Positions 53,046 through 64,000 of a stretch of 64,000 nt of DNA are shown in pieces (position 1 is the first letter of the stretch; the number at the start of each line of letters is the position of its first letter). The notes under the pieces are model-generated. The model saw nothing but the letters and a program-made list of their open reading frames with translations. It searched no databases and was not told the origin of the DNA. Both the position numbers and the translations under genes were made by a program. The DNA comes from Octopus vulgaris (taxonomy: Eukaryota): contig OX597838.1 of assembly GCA_951406725.2 (NCBI GenBank), positions 37,882,001 to 37,946,000 of the forward strand. Direction: 5' to 3'.

Positions 53046-53850
53046 TACTCTTTTACTTGTTTCAGTCATTTGACTGCGGCCATACTGGAGCACCGCCTTT
53101 TAGTCGATCAAATCGACCCCGGGACTTAATCTTTTGTAAGCCCAGAACTTATTCTATCGGTTCTCTTTTGCCGAACTGCTAAGTGACGGGGACGTAAACA
53201 CACCAGCATCGGTTGTCATAGGGGGACAAACACAGACACACAACCCCCCCATACACACACACATATATAGAGAGAATGCCAAACTCATTCCCTATGGATA
53301 CCGTATTTATTACAACTCGTGGCTTGTAAACGTATCTAACGAGCGAAAGCCACTCGTTGTAATAAATACGGTATCCATAGGGAATGAGTTTGGTATTTTA
53401 TTTATTACACACGAATAAACGACCATATTTTATTAACCCAATAACTAAATTCTTCACGTTTAGTTGTAACTTATGAATGACAAAAGTAGTGCCGTCACCG
53501 TGACCTCGGGTCATCACCATGCATTGACCAATCAGAAGCAGCGCTGTCACCGTGACCTTGGGTCATCACCATGGATTGACCAATCAGAAGCAGCGCTCGC
53601 AGTATCTGACATATGTTAGATACCAAAAATATCTCAAAGTGTTCTCACTCACATGTGTGTAATAAACATATATATATATACATATATACGACAGGCTTCT
53701 TTCAGTTTCCGTCTACCAAATCCACTTACAAGGCATTGGTCGGCCCGGGCTACAGCAGAAGAAACTTGCCCAAGATGCCATGCAGTGGGACTGAACCTGG
53801 AACCATGTGGTTGGTTAGCAAGCTACTAACCACACAGCCACTCATGCGCC
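53046..53850 (-). mobile_element. SINE family A with a Crypton-like insert in its central microsatellite
   Basis: Tail at 53046-53245, head at 53688-53850. Confidence 0.85.
53275..53666. mobile_element. Non-autonomous hairpin element, possibly Crypton-type
   Basis: 42-bp inverted arms at 53275-53316 and 53356-53397; TTTATTACACAC / GTGTGTAATAAA inverted pair; 52-bp tandem duplication containing GACCAATCAGAAGC. Confidence 0.5.
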
Positions 53851-53865
53851 TACTAAGTGTACTTT

Positions 53866-54401
53866 TATTCATATAATTTGCCACAAGGGCATTACACAGA
53901 TGCAGCTGCGGGCTGGACATTTTTTCTAATGAGACGAAATGATAAACGAAATTATGATATTAATGAGAGGAGCCAAAGACACCCGCCAATCTTCTGCTTC
54001 TCTAAACCATTGTTCTTCAAAGAACGAAACGAGGTATTGAACCTCTTACCTTGGTTCTTACAATTACTGGACTTAATAGTCCATTAAAAACTGTGGCGCT
54101 GAGCCTCTTACAAACAATAACATACAATAAACATTTTAGGCACTAAAGCCTCTTTATCCTTCCTCCCCGACCATACTGTATGCCTCCCCCAAGCAATGCT
54201 TCAGCTCCAGGTCAGGGCCCCAGAAGGTGAACCTAAACTGGTCCTTCGGTAAGGAGTCCAACACCCTGAACATATCGACTTCCGATATGACCTCCGTAGT
54301 CACCTGCGGAGGCCAATCCGGGTCTTCAATCCAGGGTATGGGTTCCTTCCTCCGGCCCTCTAGCTCCCTTAAGAAGCTCTGTATTGCACTTCCCTTATGG
54401 G
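53866..54401 (-). mobile_element. 5'-truncated copy of HAL1/Tx1-like family just upstream of a SINE-A 5' end
   Basis: 10-bp TSD AGTGTACTTT (53856-53865, 54402-54411); same 3' UTR motif; open frame PWIEDPDWPPQVTT..GPDLELKHCLGEA. Confidence 0.8.
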
Positions 54402-54761
54402 AGTGTACTTTAAGATTCACCTCCATCCATCCATCCAACCATTCATCCATCCATCTTCTCTACCCATTCATAATTCCTGATGGAGTTGTGGTGGTCGAGT
54501 TCTCAGGCGCCTCCTCTTTAGAGTTCTACCAGAAACAACCGTTGGTGTCTTGATTGCCAAACAAGAGCATTTCGTTCGTGGTTTCTCCGTAGGTCTCCTA
54601 CTGGAAGGGCCGGCTTGGAAGATCTCTTGTGTTTCTTTCCTGCGAAATTCTAATCGCATGTTTTGAGTATCGGAGCTGTGGGCTCTCAATGCAGAGGAGT
54701 AGCGTCTCGGCCTGGAGAGACACTCTGCTGTCCGAACTACACACATCAAATTTTATTTACC

Positions 54762-54919
54762 GGGCGTGGCTGTGTGGTAAAAAACTTGCTTCCCAACTGT
54801 TTAGCTTCTAGTTCAGTCCCACTGCGTGAAGCCTCGGGCAGGTGTCTTCTACTATAGCCTCGGGCCGGCCAAATCCCTGTAAGTGGATTTGGTAGACGGA
54901 AACTGAAAGAAGCCCGTCG

Positions 54920-54962
<43 letters not shown>

Positions 54963-55203
54963 ATGTATGTTAGTGTCAGTATGTATGTGTGTGTTAGTGT
55001 CAGTGTATGTGAGTGTGTGTGTGTTTTACCCCCCCCCCCCGCTTGATAACTGGTGTTGCCATAACTTAGCGGTTCGATAAGGGCTAAATCCGATCACATA
55101 AGTACCAGTCTTAAAATACAACTGGGATCGATTCATTGAACTAAAATTCTTCAAGGCAGTGCCCCAGCATGGCCACAGTCTAATGACTGAATCAAGTAAA
55201 AGA
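54762..55203 (+). mobile_element. SINE family A, diverged
   Basis: Head, TA/TG tract and tail. Confidence 0.8.
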
Positions 55204-55288
55204 TTAGTTTTAGTCACATCTAATTTTTCTTCCTATGCACGTATATAAGCATACATATACATATACATATACACACACTCGATTAGTG

Positions 55289-55530
55289 GAGGCGCGTGGC
55301 ATAGTGGTTAGGGTGTTGGACTTATGACTGTAAGATTGCGGTTTCGATTCCTGGACTGGACGACATGTTGAATTTTTTGGGTAAAATATTTCATTTCACG
55401 TTTCGCCAGTCCACTCAGCCGGCAAAAATGAGTTATCTTGCGATGGATCGGCGTCCCGTACAGATGGGGAAATATATGCGTCGTGGAATCCGAGAAACCG
55501 GCCCTTATGATTCTATACGACTTGGGAATG
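55289..55530 (+). mobile_element. SINE family D
   Basis: Matches 44153-44402. Confidence 0.7.
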
Positions 55531-56310
55531 AAGGAACAACCTTCACACACATTCGATTCTGTTCACCACTTCTGTGACCAAAGTTGGAAAAAAGTACCCA
55601 CAGCTTTTGCGCTGTCATTGAAACATCCACAAATATCTAGTCTAGAAGCCTCGCACTTGTAACTAAAGTCAGGGTGATTCTCTCCAAGATTATAAATATT
55701 TAATAGAGATTATTCTCAGATGATAATCCATATCTGTGCTTTTACTTAATGTAGCCCTAAATCCCCGTTATCTTTTTCGTTTGTAAATCCAGTGTTTATA
55801 TAGTATGGTGTAGAGCACTATAAAAACATTCATTTAACTTACAATTTCTTCGTTCATCATCGAAAGATTTGTACTTGAAATATTTACAAATGTCGAGAAA
55901 CAACTGAATTTAATCGCATTTTCTTTTGAGGAAAAGCATGGCGTTTGGACAAAAGAAACTTCCATATTTAACAAGTGGGCGTGGAAAATCTGTTCAGTTG
56001 TTCCCCAGATCCAAAGTATTTATCTCAGCAATTTCTTTCTCGCTCTCTCTTTCTTTCACTCACTCGATCCCTCCCTCTCTCTCTACCTCTCTCCCTCTCT
56101 CTCTCTACCTCTCCCCCTCTCTCTCCATCTCTTTCGCTTTCTCCGTATCGTCTATTCCTCACAATGCGTCAAATATATTGAAAATATATCCTACACAGGT
56201 GCTGCTCACAACGACAGAGTAACCAAAAAACTATTGCACCAGATTTAAAAAGCTATGGCCAGAAGAAATTTCCGCTTCCACGGCAATATCCCACAACACA
56301 TTTGAAGTGT

Positions 56311-56620
56311 GGAGGCGCAATGGCCCAGTGGTTAGGGCAGCGGACTCGCGGTCGTAGGATCGCGGTTTCGATTCCCAGACCGGGCGTTGTGAGTGTTTAT
56401 TGAGCAAAAACGCCTAAAGCTCCACACGGCTCTGGCAGTGGGTGGTGGCGATCTCTGCTATACTCTTTCGCCACAACTTTCTCTCACTCTTTCTTCTGTT
56501 GGCCTGCTTGCTTAGCCAGCGGGGTGGCGTCATTTGAAGGCTAAAACAATGCGAAGCGTATTGTGACAAGCGATGTGTAGCAACATCTGATAGCCTGGTC
56601 GCTCACGGGGATCACGGTGA
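56311..56620 (+). mobile_element. SINE family C, full length
   Basis: TGGCCCAGTGG A-box, GGTTTCGATTCCC B-box; TSD ACATTTGAAGT at 56298-56308 and 56620-56630. Confidence 0.88.
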
Positions 56621-56720
56621 CATTTGAAGTACTAATACAATTATTTGGGACATTTGACAAGTCTATTGATAAAATGTGCAGCAGGGACATTAAAACACGC
56701 ATGACCCCTACACTAATCGA

Positions 56721-56940
56721 AGGAGAGGGGTTTTCTCCGTCCGAGTTGCGGATCCGTGGAATAAGCTGCCGGACGAGGTGGTGAAGATGCCGACGACCGC
56801 TCGGTTCAAAGTCTCCCTTGACTACAAGTGGCCTGAACTCTTTACATGAACACCACCCTGTACATAACTCTATGTCCCCCTACATGGCCTTGCTTTTTGC
56901 TTTTTGAGCCAAAAAATTAATTAACTAACTAACTAACTAA
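56721..56940 (+). mobile_element. CR1-clade LINE 3' fragment
   Basis: FSVRVADPWNKLPDEVV..FKVSLD (CR1 C-terminal motif) and (CTAA)n tail. Confidence 0.85.
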
Positions 56941-57459
56941 CCAAGTGGGAAGTTGCACAAACGGAAGGAAGAGGCTTCGGAATAGTGCAGACAATATTTG
57001 AGTGTCATTTAAGGCGTTAAGCTAGCACAATCATTAGAAAGCTGGGGAAAATGTTTCGCGGTATTTCGGCCGTCTCCAGGTTCTGAGTTCAAATTCCGCC
57101 GAGGTTGACTTTGCCTTTCGTCCTATTGGAGTCGATAAAATAAGTATCAGTTGAATTTTGGGGTCAATACAATCCCCCGTAATTGCTGGCCTTATGCCAA
57201 AAATTGAAATCAATATTTGAGTGTCATTTGATATCGCTCAGACCGCAACTACTAATAACATAAAAAAAAAAATACTTGAACCAAACTTTTAAAAAATGAA
57301 GGGAATGAGCTGTTATGGGAACCCAGAGGAGCAGAATAAACAAACTTCAGCAAAGATTTGAAAGAGAAACAAGGGAAGGAGGAAAAACATTTTATGCTAC
57401 AAAAAGGTTATGTACGACCATGTTTCACGTAAACTTGAGGAAGTGAGTAATATGGTGGG

Positions 57460-58035
57460 CAATTTTTGAGAAGAGGGCCGGAAGCCAATTACGTTGACCC
57501 AAATACTTAACTTTATCGACTCCGAAATGAAGAAGCGCAAAGTTGACCTCGACGGGATCTGAACATTAATCACTGGAATAAATATCGCTAAAAAGTTTGT
57601 CCTACGCGTAAACGATTCTTATTTCTTTATTGCCCACAAGGGGCTAAACATAGAAGGGACAAACAAGGACAGACAAACGGATTTAGTCGATTATATCGAC
57701 CCCAGGGCGTAACTGGTACTTAATTTATCGACCCCGAAAGGATGAAAGGCAAAGTCGACCCCAGTGGAGTTTGAAATCACAACGTAATTGCAGAAGAAAT
57801 ACCTATTTCTTTACTACCCACAAGGGGCTAAACGCAGAGAGGACAAACAAGGACAGACAAACGGATTAAGTCGATTACATCGACTCCAGTGCGTAACTGG
57901 TTCTTAATTTATCATCCCCGAAAGGATGAAAGGCAAAGTCGACCTCGGCGGAATTTGAACTCATAACGTAACAGCAGACGAAATACTGCTAGGCATTTTG
58001 CCCGGCGTGCTAACGTCTCTGCCAGCTCACCGCCT
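57460..58035 (-). mobile_element. SINE family B tandem array
   Basis: Two young units plus one old unit; junctions at 57620 and 57803. Confidence 0.85.
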
Positions 58036-59064
58036 TAATAAGGATGATTTATATTAATACGAAGTATTGCCTCTCATGGACTTGTGGTTATAATACATCA
58101 TGCCGTATCTCGTAGATATAATCTTACAATCCAAGAACAGGAGATGGCCATGAAATATATAATAAATAAAGGAAAGTCCTAAAACTTCACACGATCGCCA
58201 CCGAAAATGTCGATAACATTACTTATTCATAACATATGTAATCAGCAGCGGCCCAAAACTCATCGAGTTATTACCTTCCACTGCAATATGGCATTGCTGT
58301 TGCTAAATTGGTATTCAATGCCTTCTATAGAAAAGAGTGCGCTAAGTAAAATATAAATATCCCTGCTACTGAATAAATGCATATATGCATATATACATAC
58401 AACATGGCGTCGAATAGAATACAGACACGTTAGCATATAGAACTATTTATTTTCCCGGGAAATGAATACTATCCTCTGTAATTTCTGCCATTAATGCAAG
58501 CCTGGTAAAAGAAATGGGTTATCTGCTTTGAGTAATGGTAAAGAAACGACATTTTTTTGAAAAGAACGTAGTAGTCATCAAACGCTGAAATACATACGGC
58601 GTAGAAAATTACTTTACGTACAGCATGGCGAAGGAAGAACCCAGAGTTAGTTTATCGTCCATCGCGGAACTCGCGATAAAATTCCAGTGTGCTTTCGAAC
58701 TGAACCAAGACCTGTAACAGTTCTACAAAATGGCTAAGGAAGTTCTCTCAATAGGCTACATAAAAAGAATTTTTTTAAATGTTGGGATACGAAACACAAC
58801 ATTCTTAGATTTTTTTTTCAGAGAGACAATGACGTCAGCGAGCTACATTTCTTGCAAAGAAATATGCCACTCTTCCAGACAAAATCAGTCAGCCGAAATC
58901 TACGAATAATAATACTCATATTGGTAGCACAGTACACTTTTCTCGCGAAGAGACATTGAATGACAAGAAACATGACCATCAGGACACAACACGTCACCGG
59001 GAATTGAAATCACGATCTTATCGTGACACGAATGCCCTAACAACTAACCCACGTCGCCTTCACA

Positions 59065-59240
<176 letters not shown>

Positions 59241-59715
59241 GTATATACATACATACATACATACATACATACATACATACATACATACATACATACATAC
59301 ATACATACATAGTTATGCCGATACATACTCGCTATTTACGATTGTTTTCCCACAATGTGGAACATCATTTCAGAAACCAGTGAATATATATCATTCGGCC
59401 ATCTCCCGCTGATATTTTCAATCCACTGGACATTGAGTCACTCATACTCAATTACAGTTATCAATCATTGGAATTATTCTGTATTCATTCTTCATTTTTT
59501 TTTTTTTTCACTTATGGTCTACATTATGTTTTTTTTATGTTTATTTTTGTTTCGTCTTGTTTTGTTCCTCAATTATAGAATTTATCGGTTCTGCGATGAC
59601 GATAAGAGAGACATCTCACAACACACGCTCGCACACACGCACGCACACATTCATATATATATATATATATATATATATACAACTGTGTGTGAGATTAAAA
59701 AATTTATCGTTTGAT

Positions 59716-59921
59716 TACTCTTTACTCTTTTACGTGTTTCAGTCATTTGACTGCGGCCATGCTGGAGCACCGCCTTTAGTAAAGCAAACAGACCCCGGGG
59801 CTTATTCTTTGTAAGCCCAGTACTTATTCTATCGGTCTCTTTTGCCGAACCGCTAAGTGACGGGGACGTAAACACACCAGCATCGGTGGTCAAGCAATGC
59901 TAGGGGGACAAACACACGCAC

Positions 59922-59960
<39 letters not shown>

Positions 59961-60110
59961 CTTTACTCTTTTACTCTTTTACTTGTTTCAGTCATTTGAC
60001 TGCGGCCATGCTGGAGCACCGCCTTTAGTCAATCAAATCGACCCCGGGACTTATTCTTTGTAAGCCCAGTACTTATTCTATCGGTCTCTTTTGCCGAACC
60101 GCTAAGTGAT
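59716..60110 (-). mobile_element. Two tandem SINE-A 3' halves
   Basis: Tails at 59716-59915 and 59957-60110. Confidence 0.85.
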
Positions 60111-60236
60111 GGAGAATATATATATTCATAAATGAGGGTGAAAAATTAGATATTAAGTTAATAATACCATCAGTTTAACACCAAGTGGCTTAGCACATAA
60201 AAGACCAGGGAGACAATACAAATATACATAAATATA

Positions 60237-63200
60237 ACACTCAGTAACAGGACAAAGATCCCGTTCCTGAGAGACTTTGTTGCATGCAATCAAGCCTTAT
60301 GCATAGCACTTACAGAAACGCACCTGAAACCGGACATAGCAGATGCGGAGTTACACATACCACAGTATGCTGTACTACGGACCGACAGGAAAGAAAGGAG
60401 TCATGGAGGTGTTGCTATGTACATCCGTGAGGACCTCACACCCCAGGTCCTCTTGTCATACTCAAACTCGGTGTGTGACACACTAATTGTACATATTAGG
60501 CAACTTGATGTAGTTGTGTGTGCTACATATCGCCCTCCAGATGCCCCAAGCCATGTGGGCAAGTTTGAAGACTGCCTTATAAAAATAGAAGAAATTCTAA
60601 CCACATTAGAACAACACATAGGTGTGCTTCTTATGGGAGACTTCAATCTGCCCAATGTCAGATGGCCCGAGGGCCTTTCTCTCCCAGGAATGACAAGATG
60701 TGAACGAGGACAGGCGAGGTCCCTCCTGAACCTCATCAACACCCTGTACATGGAGCAGGTAATACTCCAACCAACCAGGGCAGGTAACACACTGGATCTC
60801 TGCTTCACAAATGACATGGATCTCATCCATAATGTGAAAGTGACACCGACAATACTCTCGGATCACAACATGATAGAGCTGACCATGTACGGGCCAAAAG
60901 AGAGCACGGACATGCAGCCTACAAGAAACCCTCAAAATCTTTCCAGCTTGAACTACCATAAGGCAAACTGGAAACAAATTGAGAAAGAGATCCTCAAACA
61001 AAACTGGCCTAAATGTCTCTCCTCGCCAGACATCGACGTGAAACTTCAACAATTCATGTCTGTAATGCAAGCCATATGCTACAAATGTGTCCCAGAGAGA
61101 AAGGCCACTGTACACAAGAACAAAATCCCCAGAGAGAGGAAAATTTTAATGAGACGGCGTACGAAATTTTCAAATCGCCTAAACAAACAGATTGAAAGCA
61201 GTGAAAAGTCCCGCCTAAAAATAAAACTGTTGGAAATCGAAAAATGTCTGCAACTCTCCCATGAAAAAGAAAGAGCAGACAAAGAAGCCTGGGCTATAGA
61301 AAACATAAAATCTAACCCCAGAGCTTTCTACAGGTATGCCAAAGAAACAGCTACAGTGCACTGTAGAATAGGGCCACTCCTCGAAAAGGATGGCACACTT
61401 ACAGGAAAACCAATGAGGGTAAGTGAAATACTGAATGAGCAATTCAAGAGTGTTTTCACTCCACCCCTTGGGCATCTCCAAATCACCAATCCAACTGACT
61501 TTTTTACCACTGCAGATATAAAATCAGAGGCGGCGACGATAGATTACATCGATATAAATGAAGACGATGTAACCAAGGCTATAGATGAAATGAAAACAGA
61601 CTCAGCTACTGGCCCCGATGGATTCCCGGCAATCCCCCTAAAAGCATGTAAGAGAGTCCTAGCAAGACCACTGCAGTTCCTCTTTCAGAGCTTCCTTGCA
61701 GCTGGCAAACTTCCAGGAAAACTGAAGGAAGGTAAAATATGCCCCATTCATAAAGGAGGTAGCAGAGCGGAAGCCAAGAACTATAGACCTATCTCTCTGA
61801 CCTCACACATCAGCAAGGTCATGGAACGAATAGTCAGAAGGAAGCTGATCACCTTCCTTGAAGAAAATGACTTGCTGCCCGACACCCAACATGGTTTCCG
61901 ACCAGGGAGAAGCTGTTTAACTCAGCTCCTACAACACTATGACTGGGTGCTGAAAAGGCTGCTCAACCACTCAAATGTGGAAGTGATATATCTCGACTTT
62001 GCAAAGGCCTTTGATAAAGTCGATCATGGAATGATATGTCACAAACTGCGTGATCTCAACATAGTTGGAAAACTGGGAGAATGGCTTCATGACTTTCTGA
62101 AGGATAGAAGTCAGGTGGTAGTAGCCAATGGGGCCACCTCCATTAACACACAAATAGTGAGCGGTGTTCCGCAGGGCACTGTTCTGGGACCACTACTGTT
62201 CATAATGGCCCTCTCAGACATGCCCTCAGCCACGCAGAGAGCCACGATCACAAGTTATGCAGATGATACAAAAGTTTCACAGGCAATACAGAACCCTGAG
62301 GACACTAAACACCTGCAATGTGAGCTGGACGAAATATACAAGTGGGCTGAAAAGAATAGCATGCAGTTCAATGCTGGAAAGTTTCAAGCTTTATACTATC
62401 AGCATGCAAAACTGAATGCAATACCCAATGAATACACTGGACCCGGAGGGATTGCAATCCCAGAGGCACAATCAGTGCGTGACCTGGGTATTCACATGAG
62501 TGATGACGCGACCTTTCATGTACATGTTGCTAAACTGGCAATGAAATGTAGACGGCTGGCTGGATGGATTCTTAGAACCTTTAGAACAAGAGAACAAAAA
62601 ACCATGATGGTCCTCTGGAAGACACTTGTCCTAAGCCACTTTGACTATTGCTCTCAGCTATGGTCACCATCCAGTGTAAAGTTGATCACAGAACTTGAGG
62701 CGATCCAACGAAGCTACACAAAGAAGATAGCCTCTATGCAGAATGTAAGCTACTGGGAAAGACTCAAGAGATTAAAATTATATTCTCTGGAGCGTAGGCG
62801 GGAAAGATATGCCATAATATACATCTGGAAGATCCTGGAGGGAAGTGTCCTGAACTTTGGCATCGAGAGTTACGCAAATGCCAGAACTGGGCGCCACTGC
62901 GTGGTGCCTAGGACTCCAAACCTGCCATCAAGATGTAGGACAAGATTCTGTGATAGCCTGGGCTTCCGAGGCCCACAGCTCTTCAATATCCTCCCGAAGA
63001 ACCTGAGAGACCTGCATAGGGTGGATACAGATGTCTTTAAAATGAAGCTGGATCTCTTCCTGTCAGGTGTCCCAGATGAACCAACTTCACGGCAGGAGGG
63101 GCAGATGAGGGCAGCTGCATCGAACTCTCTCATGCACCAAATAGCAGTTGCTAGAAAGCCTCCATGAAGTGAAACCAAGTAGCAACACCAAATGGCGGTG

Positions 63201-63251
63201 CCCCAGCATGGCTACAGCTCATAAGCTGAAACTAGAATCAATCAATCAATC
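60237..63251 (+). mobile_element. Young, 5'-truncated CR1-group LINE (ORF2, 3' UTR, (AATC)n tail)
   Basis: Uninterrupted EN-RT frame; short 3' UTR with stem-loop; tetranucleotide tail; no ORF1. Confidence 0.92.
60417..63167 (+). CDS. LINE ORF2: APE endonuclease plus reverse transcriptase (frame stays open upstream to about 60201)
   Basis: Upstream IALTETHL..GGVAMY; YRPP, MGDFN, LDLCF, SDH (APE); QHGFRPGRSC, YLDFAKAFDKV, GVPQGTVLGP, YADD (RT); SLERRRERY. Confidence 0.95.
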   Translation: MYIREDLTPQVLLSYSNSVCDTLIVHIRQLDVVVCATYRPPDAPSHVGKFEDCLIKIEEILTTLEQHIGVLLMGDFNLPNVRWPEGLSLPGMTRCERGQARSLLNLINTLYMEQVILQPTRAGNTLDLCFTNDMDLIHNVKVTPTILSDHNMIELTMYGPKESTDMQPTRNPQNLSSLNYHKANWKQIEKEILKQNWPKCLSSPDIDVKLQQFMSVMQAICYKCVPERKATVHKNKIPRERKILMRRRTKFSNRLNKQIESSEKSRLKIKLLEIEKCLQLSHEKERADKEAWAIENIKSNPRAFYRYAKETATVHCRIGPLLEKDGTLTGKPMRVSEILNEQFKSVFTPPLGHLQITNPTDFFTTADIKSEAATIDYIDINEDDVTKAIDEMKTDSATGPDGFPAIPLKACKRVLARPLQFLFQSFLAAGKLPGKLKEGKICPIHKGGSRAEAKNYRPISLTSHISKVMERIVRRKLITFLEENDLLPDTQHGFRPGRSCLTQLLQHYDWVLKRLLNHSNVEVIYLDFAKAFDKVDHGMICHKLRDLNIVGKLGEWLHDFLKDRSQVVVANGATSINTQIVSGVPQGTVLGPLLFIMALSDMPSATQRATITSYADDTKVSQAIQNPEDTKHLQCELDEIYKWAEKNSMQFNAGKFQALYYQHAKLNAIPNEYTGPGGIAIPEAQSVRDLGIHMSDDATFHVHVAKLAMKCRRLAGWILRTFRTREQKTMMVLWKTLVLSHFDYCSQLWSPSSVKLITELEAIQRSYTKKIASMQNVSYWERLKRLKLYSLERRRERYAIIYIWKILEGSVLNFGIESYANARTGRHCVVPRTPNLPSRCRTRFCDSLGFRGPQLFNILPKNLRDLHRVDTDVFKMKLDLFLSGVPDEPTSRQEGQMRAAASNSLMHQIAVARKPP

Positions 63252-63390
63252 ATAAGAGAGTTACCGCTAAGTGGTTAACTATAGTGCTAGAAATAGCTCC
63301 TTATTCTGGTATAGCCACCGAAGTTGATTCCACCAAGAGATAACATTACCTTCAACGTAAGGAAAGTGAAATACAACGAAAAGATAGATT

Positions 63391-63468
63391 AATGCTGAAC
63401 AAGTCTTTCTTTATTAATATAATATGCAATTATATTCACATATTTATCTATAAATCATCAGCAGCATT
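63391..63468 (-). ncRNA. Type I hammerhead motif with long AT-rich stem II (one mismatch in stem III)
   Basis: Minus strand: AATGCTG-CTGATGA-TTTAT..AATATAAT-TGCAT-ATTATATT..ATAAA-GAAAG-ACTT-GTT-CAGCATT. Confidence 0.62.
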
Positions 63469-63711
63469 CGTCTTCGATACAATTTATTAGACCCTCACGA
63501 GCGTCAAATACACATGCGGTCCAATCGATTGCATACATAGTTGTGATTCAGGTTCCCCGCCAAAAGCATGGTAAGACTTAGTGGAAACGAATACTGCATA
63601 TAATATTTACTGCAGTATCATTAAATTTATAAATTCATAAATGAGGGTGAAAAATTAGATATCAATTTAATAATACCATCAGTTTAACACCAAGTGGCTT
63701 AGCACATAAAA

Positions 63712-63844
63712 ACCTTTACCTTTCATCCTTTCGGGGTCGATAAATTAAGTACCAGTTACTCACTGGTGTCGATGTAATCGACTTAATCCCTTTGTCATTG
63801 TTTGTCCCCTCTATGTTTAGCTCCTTCTGGGCAATAAAGAAATA
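63712..63844 (+). mobile_element. SINE family B, 3' part
   Basis: Core plus GGGCAATAAAGAAATA tail. Confidence 0.8.
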
Positions 63845-64000
63845 AGATTTGTACAACAAACCGGATCATGATCTTGGTGTATATAGGTGAAGGTACGTGG
63901 CTTTGTGGTTAGGGCATTCGGGTTACGATCGTAAAGTTGTGACTTCCATTCTCGGCGGTGTGTTGCCCCAGTCCACTCGACTAGCAAAAACATGAGCAGT

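Larger units (their letters stand above)
60124..63711 (-). mobile_element. Penelope-like remnant with a ~78-bp direct repeat, split by the CR1 LINE
   Basis: 60124-60202 repeated at 63633-63711; minus-strand hammerhead motif at 63391-63468. Confidence 0.55.

Noticed and set aside
54480-54745. Possible 5' end of the 53866 element or of a Tx1 element
   Set aside because: It lies outside the 54402-54411 TSD and has no recognisable protein motif; left unassigned.
56311-56385. tRNA-like sequences with A and B boxes (also 44153, 3117, 50774)
   Set aside because: They continue into SINE bodies, are multicopy with TSDs, and lack a proper acceptor stem; they are SINE heads, not tRNA genes.
60124-63711. 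Direct repeats flanking an RT ORF read as LTRs
   Set aside because: The ORF is APE-RT with an (AATC)n tail, there are no TG..CA ends, PBS or integrase, and the right repeat is about 380 bp from the element end.

Overview
AT-rich, microsatellite-saturated animal genomic DNA. The SINE/LINE repertoire and microsatellite load resemble an octopus/coleoid cephalopod (inference). I cannot support any host protein-coding gene, and nearly all short ORFs in the track are translated microsatellites. The window is a nest of mobile elements: four tRNA-derived SINE families, a near-intact CR1-group LINE ORF2 (60237-63251), R4/Dong elements in (TAA)n tracts, Tx1-like and RTE remnants, mariner, Merlin-like, Helentron-like and Crypton-like DNA elements. 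Two systems stand out. (1) A compact ORF1-only (HAL1-like, Tx1-type) retroelement family: three TSD-flanked copies, two at the identical nucleotide inside the tRNA-derived head of one SINE family and the third about 15 bp upstream of such a head. Its 3' CCCTYGTGG..AATAAA motif is shared with a Tx1-like LINE remnant and with a self-targeting, tandem-forming SINE. (2) About ten type I hammerhead ribozyme motifs, mostly in Penelope-like fold-back palindromes landed in or beside (TA)n tracts. They include recurrent core variants (CCGANGA, CUGUNGA) and unusually long stem II inserts. All folds and alignments were done by eye.
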